Positions 48,011 to 56,844 of a stretch of DNA of 64,000 nt are shown piece by piece. Below the pieces are notes generated by a model. It was not told the origin of the DNA and did no database searches. It was given only the letters and a program-made list of their open reading frames with translations. Position 1 is the stretch's first letter. Each line of letters opens with the position of its first letter. A program made the translations under genes and the position numbers. Source of the DNA: a virus (Duplodnaviria; Heunggongvirae; Uroviricota; Caudoviricetes); the IMG/VR virus record IMGVR_UViG_3300031993_000024, positions 64,001 through 128,000 of that record. One strand, written 5' to 3'.

Positions 48011-48289
48011 ATGAAAAACGATGAAAAAGCAAAGAATATGACCAAAGGCTTTTTACAGCAAGGATTGATAAAGAAAAGTCGATTGCAAGAATTATTAACA
48101 AAAGCTATGCAATGGAAAGATGAGCAATACCAAATAGATAAAGCTCATTTAGATATGATATATAAGGCCCTTGGTAGATTGTATCAAGTTAGATATGGAA
48201 AAGAGCCTATTCTTAACACAGGAAGTCAAACCGATGTTTTCCTGTATATGATTGAAGATATTATTAACGAAGCAAATTCAAAAAAATAA
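48011..48289 (+). CDS. hypothetical protein, family E
   Basis: KAMQWKDEQY. Confidence 0.75.
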   Translation: MKNDEKAKNMTKGFLQQGLIKKSRLQELLTKAMQWKDEQYQIDKAHLDMIYKALGRLYQVRYGKEPILNTGSQTDVFLYMIEDIINEANSKK

Positions 48290-48293
48290 AATT

Positions 48294-48683
48294 ATGACAG
48301 CAGAAGAAAAAGAATTATTGCTTAAAGATTTAAGCGCGAGACAGCCGTATGGCGTAATGTTTCAATATCAGACAGGTAGTTATAATTCAACAGTAACAAG
48401 TGACTATTTTCCAATGGTTGGAATAATTCAGAATGCTGTTGTCCTTGATATAAAGAATAGAGGATTATTCAATTTATCTTTAGAAGATAGCCAATGCAAG
48501 CCTTACCTACGTCCACTATCTTCAATGACAGAGGATGAGAAAGACATTTATGACAGACTGGTCATGTTCAATGCAGCTTGGGTAGTCATGGACTGGCTTA
48601 ATGAAAATCATTTTGACTATCATAAGCTTATTGAAAAAGGTCTCGCGCTGGAAGCTCCGGAAGGAATGTATAATTTTAAATAA
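48294..48683 (+). CDS. hypothetical protein, family A
   Basis: three conserved blocks. Confidence 0.85.
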   Translation: MTAEEKELLLKDLSARQPYGVMFQYQTGSYNSTVTSDYFPMVGIIQNAVVLDIKNRGLFNLSLEDSQCKPYLRPLSSMTEDEKDIYDRLVMFNAAWVVMDWLNENHFDYHKLIEKGLALEAPEGMYNFK

Positions 48684-48690
48684 TAAGAAT

Positions 48691-49089
48691 ATGACAACAG
48701 AAGAAAAACAACTTTTATTGGAAGACCTCTGCGCGAGGCTGCCGTATGGTTTGAAGGTCCATATTGATGGAGTTGCCGATAGCGTCCTTACAGGAGTATA
48801 TGATGACAGAGTCTCTACGGAGAGAGGAATAAACTATCCAATAAGACTGGTTAAGCTATACTTGCGTCCTCTGTCAAGTATGACAGAAAAGGAAATGGAA
48901 TCACTAAGGCAGGAACATCTTAAAGACGAAAAACTTTATGTCGAAGCAATCAATGGAGACGGCAGTATGAGAGGAAAAGTCATAACTCATTATGCTGCTG
49001 ATTATTGTGATGAACATCACTTGGATTACAGAGGGCTGATTCAGAAGGGCTTAGCATTGGAAGCACCAGAAGATATGTATCTAAAATAG
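48691..49089 (+). CDS. hypothetical protein, family A
   Basis: three conserved blocks. Confidence 0.85.
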   Translation: MTTEEKQLLLEDLCARLPYGLKVHIDGVADSVLTGVYDDRVSTERGINYPIRLVKLYLRPLSSMTEKEMESLRQEHLKDEKLYVEAINGDGSMRGKVITHYAADYCDEHHLDYRGLIQKGLALEAPEDMYLK

Positions 49090-49242
49090 TTGGCTATGAA
49101 AGAACTACAAGAAGCAATTCAATCGGCAATACAAAATGTATTAGACGGTGATTGTGATGAGTTAAAAGGTTTATCAATACATATTGATGTTTTTATTGAT
49201 GAGCAAGGATTTGTTGATGTAAACGTATTAAATTAAGATATT

Positions 49243-49647
49243 ATGGCAGCAGAAGAAAAAGAATTATTACTTAAAGATTTATGCGCAAGGCTACCGTATC
49301 AAATTAAGGTAGCAGTTGTTGATTTTGATGGAACTATCCATAAAAGGCCAGTCACATTGCTTCGTGGCGGATGGTATGCCGAATACGAAAATGGAGAATA
49401 CATGTTTATAACTTCTTATTACGGAATAGCTCATAAAGCTGAAGAGATAAGGCCTTATCTCCGTTCAGTATCAAGTATGACGGAAGAAGAGAGGAAGGAT
49501 TTATATGCAATGGAGGATAAGATGTCTTTTTCAAAGGATTGCCCTTATTCGCCTGACAGGTCTGATTGGTATATAAGACATAACTTTGACTTCAGAGGCT
49601 TGATTGAGAAAGGCCTCGCGCTGGAAGCTCCAGAAAGCATGTACTAA
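49243..49647 (+). CDS. hypothetical protein, family A
   Basis: three conserved blocks. Confidence 0.85.
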   Translation: MAAEEKELLLKDLCARLPYQIKVAVVDFDGTIHKRPVTLLRGGWYAEYENGEYMFITSYYGIAHKAEEIRPYLRSVSSMTEEERKDLYAMEDKMSFSKDCPYSPDRSDWYIRHNFDFRGLIEKGLALEAPESMY

Positions 49648-49661
49648 AAGATAACTGAAAC

Positions 49662-49674
49662 GTTGTTTTTTATA
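49662..49674 (+). promoter_or_regulatory. GTTGTTTTTTATA motif
   Basis: identical 13-mer upstream of ORF 49697. Confidence 0.7.
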
Positions 49675-49696
49675 TAAAATTTTACGGTTATAAGTT

Positions 49697-50176
49697 ATGA
49701 ATGACAAGAAAGTTCAAATAGAAAAATGTATTACTGAGATATATGACAGTTTTGTAGAGTTGCATACTAAAAAATGCAAGACTCAAAAAGAGATGGAAGA
49801 ATTTTCAGGCTTTCTACAGATAATGGCCGTTCATCTTACGAACTTGGTAAGAGAACTTGTTCTTGACCTTAAAGGCTGCGAAATCATTATAGCTGCCGCA
49901 TATAAGGTGAAGTCAGAATATGTCTGTAATGATGGAGGCGTATATAAGACAGGCACGAAGGAAAGGGATGACATTTACCACTGCAGGATAGGCCGTCATC
50001 ATGCAGAAATCCTGCATATATTTGGAGATGAGGTTGATGAGCTTTCTGATGGTTTCTACACTTCTTATGGAAGATGGGTAGACAGAGAGGAGGCCGCCAA
50101 AATAGCTCTCGCAGCAGGACAATGCAAGAAGCCTCTGATTATGGGTGACAGATTGGATAGCAGTGATGTGTTTTAA
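49697..50176 (+). CDS. hypothetical protein (C-terminal GRHH...GFYTS.GRWVDREEA..IA..AGQ domain)
   Basis: ORF track. Confidence 0.75.
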   Translation: MNDKKVQIEKCITEIYDSFVELHTKKCKTQKEMEEFSGFLQIMAVHLTNLVRELVLDLKGCEIIIAAAYKVKSEYVCNDGGVYKTGTKERDDIYHCRIGRHHAEILHIFGDEVDELSDGFYTSYGRWVDREEAAKIALAAGQCKKPLIMGDRLDSSDVF

Positions 50177-50207
50177 TGACTTGTTGCTATAAAATAAAAT
50201 TCAGGAC

Positions 50208-50561
50208 ATGAGCAAGAATAAAGCTGAAAAATGGAAAACTTGGGAGTATGAGCATCCAAGCGGTATTTACAAGAAAGGTGATTTAGTTGCCATTGATAAC
50301 GGTTTCACGCATATATTCTCATTTTATGCAATAACGGAGAAGGCGAATGTCATAGTGGAGGATGTCGTATTATATAGCCGCTTGACAAAATGGTCATCAT
50401 ACTTTTGTGACGGACATCCGGTGGAATATATCAGCTGTGCAGGATTGCGGTTCGCCACTGGCGAAGAAATCAAAATATATAATTCGACGAAGGCTGGCTT
50501 CAAGAAAGAATCAAAACGTTGTAAAATTATATGTTGTAAAAAATATAAGGATTGTAGATAA
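50208..50561 (+). CDS. hypothetical protein
   Basis: ORF track. Confidence 0.7.
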   Translation: MSKNKAEKWKTWEYEHPSGIYKKGDLVAIDNGFTHIFSFYAITEKANVIVEDVVLYSRLTKWSSYFCDGHPVEYISCAGLRFATGEEIKIYNSTKAGFKKESKRCKIICCKKYKDCR

Positions 50562-50591
50562 GTGATAAACTAAATATAAATTTTAGGAATT

Positions 50592-51278
50592 ATGGATAAA
50601 AAACGGTATGTGTATTTCGACATAGAGACTGTCGGAAAATATAAAGACTATGATACTATGGTTTGCTCTGATTTAAGGCAGAGCGAGTTGTTTGAGAAGA
50701 AATGCAAAAGGTTTAAGGAGAAAGACCCTTCTTGGGAAGGACCGGTTGAAGAGGTGTTCCTTAAAAAGTGTGGATTGTATCCGGAATACGCGAAAGTCGC
50801 ATGTGTTTCATACGCCTACTATACAGCGGACGGAGAGCTTCATATAAATTCATTCAATGACCTGAACGAAGAAGTCTTGCTGACCGGCGCAAAAAACTTG
50901 TTTCTGTCAGCAATAAAGAGAAACCTTATCCTATGCGGATTCAATATCAAGAATTTCGACATACCGTTTCTGTTTAAGAAATTCCTTCATTACGGAATAA
51001 CGCCGCCTGAAAACGTAAATTTCTTTAATAAGAAACCTTGGGAAGTAAACTGTCTTGACCTTATGGACTTATGGAAAAGCAATTCGACACTTATGGCGAC
51101 GACATTCGATGAGTTCGCGTATATGCTTCACGTCGATTCGCCGAAAGACAAGCTTGACGGGTCAGAGGTTCACGACGCATATTATAATAAGCAGGAATAT
51201 GGCTTGATTCGTGAGTATTGCGAAAAAGACGTAAGATGTTGCGCCGAATGCGTTTCAGCTATAGAAGGTTTGTTATAA
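50592..51278 (+). CDS. DEDDy 3'-5' exonuclease (PolB-exo-like)
   Basis: FDIET (ExoI), GFNIKNFDIPF (ExoII), YCEKDV (ExoIII). Confidence 0.88.
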   Translation: MDKKRYVYFDIETVGKYKDYDTMVCSDLRQSELFEKKCKRFKEKDPSWEGPVEEVFLKKCGLYPEYAKVACVSYAYYTADGELHINSFNDLNEEVLLTGAKNLFLSAIKRNLILCGFNIKNFDIPFLFKKFLHYGITPPENVNFFNKKPWEVNCLDLMDLWKSNSTLMATTFDEFAYMLHVDSPKDKLDGSEVHDAYYNKQEYGLIREYCEKDVRCCAECVSAIEGLL

Positions 51279-51329
51279 CAGCTTGAATTATAATACATTA
51301 AAGATATTTCTAACAGATTCTCATAAAAT

Positions 51330-51342
51330 GTTGTTTTTTATA
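51330..51342 (+). promoter_or_regulatory. GTTGTTTTTTATA motif
   Basis: identical 13-mer upstream of ORF 51364. Confidence 0.7.
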
Positions 51343-51363
51343 TAAAACAAAAATAACAAAACT

Positions 51364-51741
51364 ATGGGAATCAAAGTAGATAAAAAGAGCGGACTTAATC
51401 CAGCTGTGGCTGTCTGTCCGTGTTGCGGAAAAGAATACGGCATTCTTCTCCTCGGAACATCTTATAAGGAAAACGGCAAGCCTGCAAAAGCTCCTTTCAA
51501 AATTATGACAGACAAACTTTGCGACAGCTGCTCGGATGTTATTAAGAGCGGTAAGCGATTCTTTATAGAAGTTCGTGACGGAGAGTCACATGAAAATCCT
51601 TACCGTACAGGCCGGATTGCGGCTGTCAAGAAAGAAATCTGTGACGAAATCTTTAATGTCAAGGTGCAAAATGTCAACTACATGGAACAGGCGGCATTCT
51701 CACAACTTTTTGCAAACGCGCCTTGTGTCGATGAGTTTTAA
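51364..51741 (+). CDS. zinc-binding hypothetical protein
   Basis: CPCC...CDSC. Confidence 0.75.
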   Translation: MGIKVDKKSGLNPAVAVCPCCGKEYGILLLGTSYKENGKPAKAPFKIMTDKLCDSCSDVIKSGKRFFIEVRDGESHENPYRTGRIAAVKKEICDEIFNVKVQNVNYMEQAAFSQLFANAPCVDEF

Positions 51742-51759
51742 TAATAACGGTATTCTAAG

Positions 51760-52164
51760 ATGGAAGGAGCAAAAGAAATATACGTAAGCGTTGAGATTGC
51801 CAGAAAGCTTTGGAGAGTTAAGTTTAACGGCGATTGGCATAAGCATTACTGGGGATATAAGTATGGCCAGGAATTCCTGTCTTCATCCTTATATAATCCC
51901 GAATATGATTATCCGGCACCGACTCACCAGACTGTTCTTGCATGGCTGCGTCGAGACAAACACATCATGATTTCAATCCAGCTTGACAAGGTGACTGACA
52001 ACAGCTTCAGGTATTGCGCGGTCATCACCAACCTTGACACGCTTGAGGTCATGAACAAAGAAAAGATAGGCGCGCCGACATACGAGTCAGCTACAGAGAA
52101 AGCTATAATGTTTGTATTCGATTACCTTATAAGCCAGGAAAATGAAGATAGTCAGCAAGATTAA
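51760..52164 (+). CDS. hypothetical protein, family B
   Basis: VSVEIARKL / PAPTHQTVLAWLR / TYESATEKAI. Confidence 0.8.
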   Translation: MEGAKEIYVSVEIARKLWRVKFNGDWHKHYWGYKYGQEFLSSSLYNPEYDYPAPTHQTVLAWLRRDKHIMISIQLDKVTDNSFRYCAVITNLDTLEVMNKEKIGAPTYESATEKAIMFVFDYLISQENEDSQQD

Positions 52165-52816
52165 GGATTTTTATGATTTCCAAGTCCAGAAATGGGGGCT
52201 TGACGAGAAGGTCGTATATGTCCGTAACGGGCAGAGACTGTCAAGTGTCGATGAATTCCGGATTTATGTCGAAGGCGATAATGATGCGAGGTATGTCGGG
52301 AAAGAGGCATTATTGAAAGAGGGCAGCGACGGAAATATCATTCAGAATAGTGTATGGGGTAAACGTATAGGACATTGGGTAAGCTGTGACTTTAATTATG
52401 TCGTCGTTTTATGGGTTGGAGATAACAGATACATCTTCGCCGTCCAACGTTACCAGAAATATAATAGCGATGACGTTACCTCGAATGTATGGCTTCTCGA
52501 CTACAAGGGCGACTTCAAGAGGGTAAGCGACGCGCCTGTCTATGTCGAGCTGTACAGCCATAACGGAAGTATGAAAAGATTTGCGGGCAGGGACGCCTAC
52601 CATCTTGCCTGCAATAATCCTATAAAGACAGTCGAGAATCCTGTACTTATGAATTCAAAGATTACGAAGTTCCTGAATCCTGAAGAAATATATCTTGCGA
52701 TATACTCATATATAAGTGCAAGAAACGAGAAGGATATAAAGGACAGCAGGACAAACGACGAAAAAATAATGTCTAACGGCTTTGACACGAAAACGAGCTT
52801 CCGTAATGTCAAATAA
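52142..52816 (+). CDS. hypothetical phage protein (KDFYD...KIxSxGFDxKTSFR)
   Basis: ORF track. Confidence 0.8.
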   Translation: MKIVSKIKDFYDFQVQKWGLDEKVVYVRNGQRLSSVDEFRIYVEGDNDARYVGKEALLKEGSDGNIIQNSVWGKRIGHWVSCDFNYVVVLWVGDNRYIFAVQRYQKYNSDDVTSNVWLLDYKGDFKRVSDAPVYVELYSHNGSMKRFAGRDAYHLACNNPIKTVENPVLMNSKITKFLNPEEIYLAIYSYISARNEKDIKDSRTNDEKIMSNGFDTKTSFRNVK

Positions 52817-52840
52817 ATACATTGATAAAAAATAGGAAAG

Positions 52841-53227
52841 ATGAAAACGATAAAAGATGAAATAGTTGATTTCAAGCTCGCGCTGCTCCTGGAAAAGAAA
52901 GGATTCCCGCAAGGGACATCTGCCATATTTTATTTCAGGGACGAGGATAATAACAACAGAACTATCACGACCATAGAGAAAGCTCTTGCAATGAATATAA
53001 AGACTCTTGACGCTCCTTCGCACCAAAGGGTTATAAAATGGCTTAGAGAAGTCTATAACATCCATCTCATGCCTGAAATCAAAATAAGTAACGGCATAGT
53101 ATGGCAGACGTCTATCATCAAATTCAATGACAGCGCGTATGCCGTTATAGAAGAAGGCGGAATCTATAAGAGTTATGAGGCTTCGCTCAGCAATGCAATT
53201 AAGGCAGTTCTTGAAAAATATATCTAA
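52841..53227 (+). CDS. hypothetical protein, family B
   Basis: VDFKLALLLEKKGF / APSHQRVIKWLRE / YKSYEASL. Confidence 0.8.
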   Translation: MKTIKDEIVDFKLALLLEKKGFPQGTSAIFYFRDEDNNNRTITTIEKALAMNIKTLDAPSHQRVIKWLREVYNIHLMPEIKISNGIVWQTSIIKFNDSAYAVIEEGGIYKSYEASLSNAIKAVLEKYI

Positions 53228-53241
53228 AACAAAGTCAAGTA

Positions 53242-53613
53242 ATGGCTAATATCATTGAAATCGAAGGTAAGAAATATAAGCTCGTGCCTGTAAAGGAGAA
53301 AAAGCCTGAAAAGGAAACTTATGCAGTCTTTATGCTGACAATGCCAGCCGTCGGCTCATGGAACGGAAAATGGACCGGCGCCGGAGAATTTTATGCAGTT
53401 ACAAAGAAGATAGTAGAAAGAGGCAAACAGCTGTATCCTGATTTAAGACCTGGAAACTATTCCTATGATTTCGGCGGCGGCTGGCTCGCAAACATCAATG
53501 TCGAGTTCGTTACGCCGTCAAAAGCAAAGGAGGTTGAGAAGAAAGCGAAAGGCTTTATGAACTACGAATGGATGATAGACTCAATTCTTAAGCACGGAAA
53601 AATTACGGTATAG
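53242..53613 (+). CDS. hypothetical protein
   Basis: ORF track. Confidence 0.75.
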   Translation: MANIIEIEGKKYKLVPVKEKKPEKETYAVFMLTMPAVGSWNGKWTGAGEFYAVTKKIVERGKQLYPDLRPGNYSYDFGGGWLANINVEFVTPSKAKEVEKKAKGFMNYEWMIDSILKHGKITV

Positions 53614-53617
53614 GTCG

Positions 53618-54199
53618 ATGGGCTGGAAAACTCTAAAAGAACATTACGGTATACGGCATCTCGTCCAAGTCAAGACACATATCGACGGCCTTGACGGTGA
53701 CAGATTTATCGTCATAGGTACCACAAGTATGTATGACTTAATTGTCATCAGATGTTCAGACGGGAAAATAGTAAAGGCCAATACTTTCTGTAACAACGTA
53801 TTACAAGACTATCTCAATAAAATGGGTCGAGACGGAAGAGCGATTGTGAAGGAACTCATAGACACAGAAGACTGCTTTAACGAAGACAAGCTTTCTGATG
53901 TCTACGTTATAGAGGAATATGAAGGCAGGAAAAGAATAGTTCTGAAGCGTGCCGAGAAATTCGGATGGCCGAATGTCACGACCGACGGAATGCTGATGTC
54001 GTCGTCCAATTCGTTCAAGACGAAGGACGATGCCGTTAAGGAATTGCTGAGAGTGTCAAAGTTGGATGCAAAGAAGCTCGCTACGGGCTTTTTGGACGCG
54101 TATAAGGCCGCTTTTGACAAAAGGCTTGCACTTTATAAGGAAATATGGAATTATTTGTTTACGATGCTTATAAGCAGATATAAAATCATAAAGAAATGA
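53618..54199 (+). CDS. hypothetical protein
   Basis: ORF track. Confidence 0.75.
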   Translation: MGWKTLKEHYGIRHLVQVKTHIDGLDGDRFIVIGTTSMYDLIVIRCSDGKIVKANTFCNNVLQDYLNKMGRDGRAIVKELIDTEDCFNEDKLSDVYVIEEYEGRKRIVLKRAEKFGWPNVTTDGMLMSSSNSFKTKDDAVKELLRVSKLDAKKLATGFLDAYKAAFDKRLALYKEIWNYLFTMLISRYKIIKK

Positions 54200-54627
54200 T
54201 AAGAGAATACCAAAACATCTTTCCTGTGCGAATTTTCATAGGCACAGGCATTACAGCGGAAGAATATAAGGAATTCTTCGAATATGATGACGTGAATGTC
54301 GACGATGTCATCGCTATGAACTGTTCCGTAAAAGTGAACGCTAAGAAAAAGTCAGAGTTCATATATACGTCGCCAAACATTAAGAAATCCGTCCTCATTA
54401 TAATTCAGGAGGAGGATATGTTCTCAATGCCAGTCGTCATGCACGAGATAATACATAACGAGGTATTCACATTCAAGTATATCGAGCACGGTATATCGGA
54501 TGAGGACGAATCAATGGCGTATTACGCGGAATACCTTATGAACTGTTACCTTGACTTTCTTGGCAAGGTGAAGAAATTCCAGGAGAAATTCAAGGTTCTG
54601 AAGGATAACCTCAATTTACTGAAGTAA
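54196..54627 (+). CDS. hypothetical protein with HExxH motif (MHEIIH)
   Basis: HExxH...E...AY. Confidence 0.7.
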   Translation: MIREYQNIFPVRIFIGTGITAEEYKEFFEYDDVNVDDVIAMNCSVKVNAKKKSEFIYTSPNIKKSVLIIIQEEDMFSMPVVMHEIIHNEVFTFKYIEHGISDEDESMAYYAEYLMNCYLDFLGKVKKFQEKFKVLKDNLNLLK

Positions 54628-54629
54628 AC

Positions 54630-54642
54630 GTTGTTTTTTATA
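54630..54642 (+). promoter_or_regulatory. GTTGTTTTTTATA motif
   Basis: identical 13-mer upstream of ORF 54657. Confidence 0.7.
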
Positions 54643-54656
54643 TATAAAATCTGAAG

Positions 54657-55082
54657 ATGAAAACGATAGTGACATATAACATCAGCAAGCTTATACAGAA
54701 GCTTGACTTTTGCGACGATTCTTTTTTTAAGGAATCAGATGGTAAAGTTTTCTACTATACGACAAAAACGGTGAGCCTTGACGGTAAGAAAATACCTGGC
54801 AAGGTGCTCATAGATGTAAACACAGAAGGCGCATTATACGCTCCATCGGTTGAATTCGTCAAAGACTATATCTGGGACAAATTTCACGACATCCTGACAG
54901 TAAGGGCCAACATAGTCAATGACGAGATAGAATATACCGGTGTCGTTCAGTCCGTACGCCATGCAGCAGGCGTTAAGTCTGCTTTCGAGAAAGCGATTGT
55001 CAGCGGCGAAAAAATAAAAGAGCTGTGCGAGCTCGCCCTGCTTGAAGAGTATTTGAAAAGATATTTTAAAATAAAAAAATAA
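54657..55082 (+). CDS. hypothetical protein, distant family B
   Basis: TYNISKLIQKLDF / YAPSVEFVKDYI. Confidence 0.65.
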   Translation: MKTIVTYNISKLIQKLDFCDDSFFKESDGKVFYYTTKTVSLDGKKIPGKVLIDVNTEGALYAPSVEFVKDYIWDKFHDILTVRANIVNDEIEYTGVVQSVRHAAGVKSAFEKAIVSGEKIKELCELALLEEYLKRYFKIKK

Positions 55083-55083
55083 G

Positions 55084-55764
55084 ATGGAGAACAGAAACAA
55101 GCAAAGAAGAGGACGATACAATGGAGGATATAAGCGTCCGCTAATCAAAAACAATCATCAAAACAGAACAATGAAACCTGAAACAAAAGAAACGATTTAC
55201 TCCACGCCTGAGAATGTGGCAATGTTGAAACGCTACGCAAGCTTGAGGTTTGCTCTTTCGAAATACGTATGGCTGCGCGAGGATGAGAATGGCAAGAGAT
55301 ATATCGAGTACGCCTTCATTGAAGGAAAGCCTCACGATAATACCTGTCTTTCGTGGTATAACAGCCTTCAGCCGGAGGCCTTGAAGCGGAATCACCACGA
55401 CCCTGCGACTTGGAAGATTTCGAAAGTCAATGAAATCTATTACCTTAATATGTTCTCATGCGGCCATCAGGATGCCGACGGCGAACATCATTGCTCACCT
55501 GGACATTACTGCGAAACATGTCGCAAAGGGTTTGAGGAGAGAGGACATCAGACATACTGGTCTTACGACGAACCTGTGAAGTGTGCCTGCTGGTACCTGC
55601 AGAAGGTGAACTATGACGACATCCGTAATTCAGAAATTATGAAGGTCGCCGGTATTACCGATAAGGAAAAGAAGGAGAAAGCAAAGAAATCCTTCATAAC
55701 AGGATATGTTATAGGCGTAGGCATGACAATTGTAGCGTTGCTCGCATCGTACTTAATTTTCTAA
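55084..55764 (+). CDS. hypothetical protein with C-terminal membrane anchor
   Basis: ORF track. Confidence 0.7.
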   Translation: MENRNKQRRGRYNGGYKRPLIKNNHQNRTMKPETKETIYSTPENVAMLKRYASLRFALSKYVWLREDENGKRYIEYAFIEGKPHDNTCLSWYNSLQPEALKRNHHDPATWKISKVNEIYYLNMFSCGHQDADGEHHCSPGHYCETCRKGFEERGHQTYWSYDEPVKCACWYLQKVNYDDIRNSEIMKVAGITDKEKKEKAKKSFITGYVIGVGMTIVALLASYLIF

Positions 55765-55770
55765 ACTGCT

Positions 55771-55965
55771 ATGGAGATTGATGCTTTTTATCTTATCTAT
55801 ATTCTGCTATGCGTCGTGGCATGGAGCCTTTATATGGCTATAGAGATTTGCGGTATTATCGAAACCTCGAAAAATAAGCTGGTAAAAGCTCTATGCCTGT
55901 TTTTGATACTATCGACGGCATTCACGACATTTAACTGCTGCAAGGCTCTTTTTAACTTATTTTAG
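55771..55965 (+). CDS. small two-TM membrane protein
   Basis: hydrophobicity; similar layout to 55968. Confidence 0.6.
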   Translation: MEIDAFYLIYILLCVVAWSLYMAIEICGIIETSKNKLVKALCLFLILSTAFTTFNCCKALFNLF

Positions 55966-55967
55966 AT

Positions 55968-56168
55968 ATGATACTGGATACGACATTATTCTACAAGATA
56001 GGCGCTATGGTTTACGCCGTAGTTATAGGGCTTTTAGTCATACGTGAGTTCTACAGAATAGCAGTGAGCAAATCAAATATTTTCCTGAGTATCTTGCTTG
56101 CAGTCTTGACGTTCATCGTGGTGTTTATGACATCAAGTTTCTGTGTCGTACTTAATCAATTACTATAG
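55968..56168 (+). CDS. small two-TM membrane protein
   Basis: hydrophobicity. Confidence 0.6.
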   Translation: MILDTTLFYKIGAMVYAVVIGLLVIREFYRIAVSKSNIFLSILLAVLTFIVVFMTSSFCVVLNQLL

Positions 56169-56765
56169 ATGGAAACAAATAATATCACTTATAAGAAATG
56201 CAGCTTCGAGCTTGCAAAACTATTAAAGGAGCATAATTACGGATATGACGTCGATTTCTGGTATGACGCCGACGGTAATATAATGTTGGTCGAGTCGGAA
56301 TACAAGGCACCGCTCCTCGCACAGGTAAAGTCATGGCTGCGTAATAAAAAATACCTTGATGTCACGATTACGTCGAAAAGCGCGGGCAACGGCAATTCTT
56401 CAAAGTATTATTATGTCATAGACGACATAAAAGAAAACCTGTCTTATGTGCGTGAATCCAAAAATCAGAATTCTGAAGAAGAATGCCTTGAAGAAGCCCT
56501 TATGTTTGCTATCGATGAAATTGCAGACAGAAAGCTTGACAAAAATCCGGAAGGAACTGTTATCATAAGCAAGAATAAAGTCCCGAAGATGAACAAGCCT
56601 GTTAGCGAGATGATGCTAAAAATGCCTGCGATGACATACTGCTACACCGACAGCAAACCTACGAAGGGAGGCAGGCTGAAAATGCAGAAGCCTCATAGTT
56701 TCTATCAGGAGGAAAGGCGTAAGAAGAATAGGCAGAGAAGGCAGTCAAGAAGAAACAGAAAATAA
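56169..56765 (+). CDS. family B protein with basic C-terminal extension
   Basis: CSFELAKLLKE / APLLAQVKSWLR; RRKKNRQRRQSRRNRK tail. Confidence 0.75.
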   Translation: METNNITYKKCSFELAKLLKEHNYGYDVDFWYDADGNIMLVESEYKAPLLAQVKSWLRNKKYLDVTITSKSAGNGNSSKYYYVIDDIKENLSYVRESKNQNSEEECLEEALMFAIDEIADRKLDKNPEGTVIISKNKVPKMNKPVSEMMLKMPAMTYCYTDSKPTKGGRLKMQKPHSFYQEERRKKNRQRRQSRRNRK

Positions 56766-56780
56766 AACATAATGATTATG

Positions 56781-56812
56781 ATGTCTCATCGTTTGGCCGG
56801 TGGGACATTTTC
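56781..56812 (+). terminator. intrinsic terminator closing the accessory region
   Basis: ATGTCTCATCG-TTTGGC-CGGTGGGACAT hairpin followed by TTT. Confidence 0.6.
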
Positions 56813-56820
56813 CATAAATA
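56813..56820 (+). promoter_or_regulatory. T4 late-promoter-like CATAAATA
   Basis: one mismatch from TATAAATA; lies between the terminator and a 1358-aa gene. Confidence 0.4.
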
Positions 56821-56844
56821 TAAGGAAAGAAAAAATAATTTGGC

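Noticed and set aside
8660-49647. Diversity-generating retroelement as the cause of variable segments
   Set aside because: No reverse transcriptase and no TR/VR pair differing only at adenines; the variable segments differ in length and are non-homologous.
55771-56168. Holin call for two small membrane proteins
   Set aside because: No endolysin nearby and no holin-specific features; left as membrane proteins.
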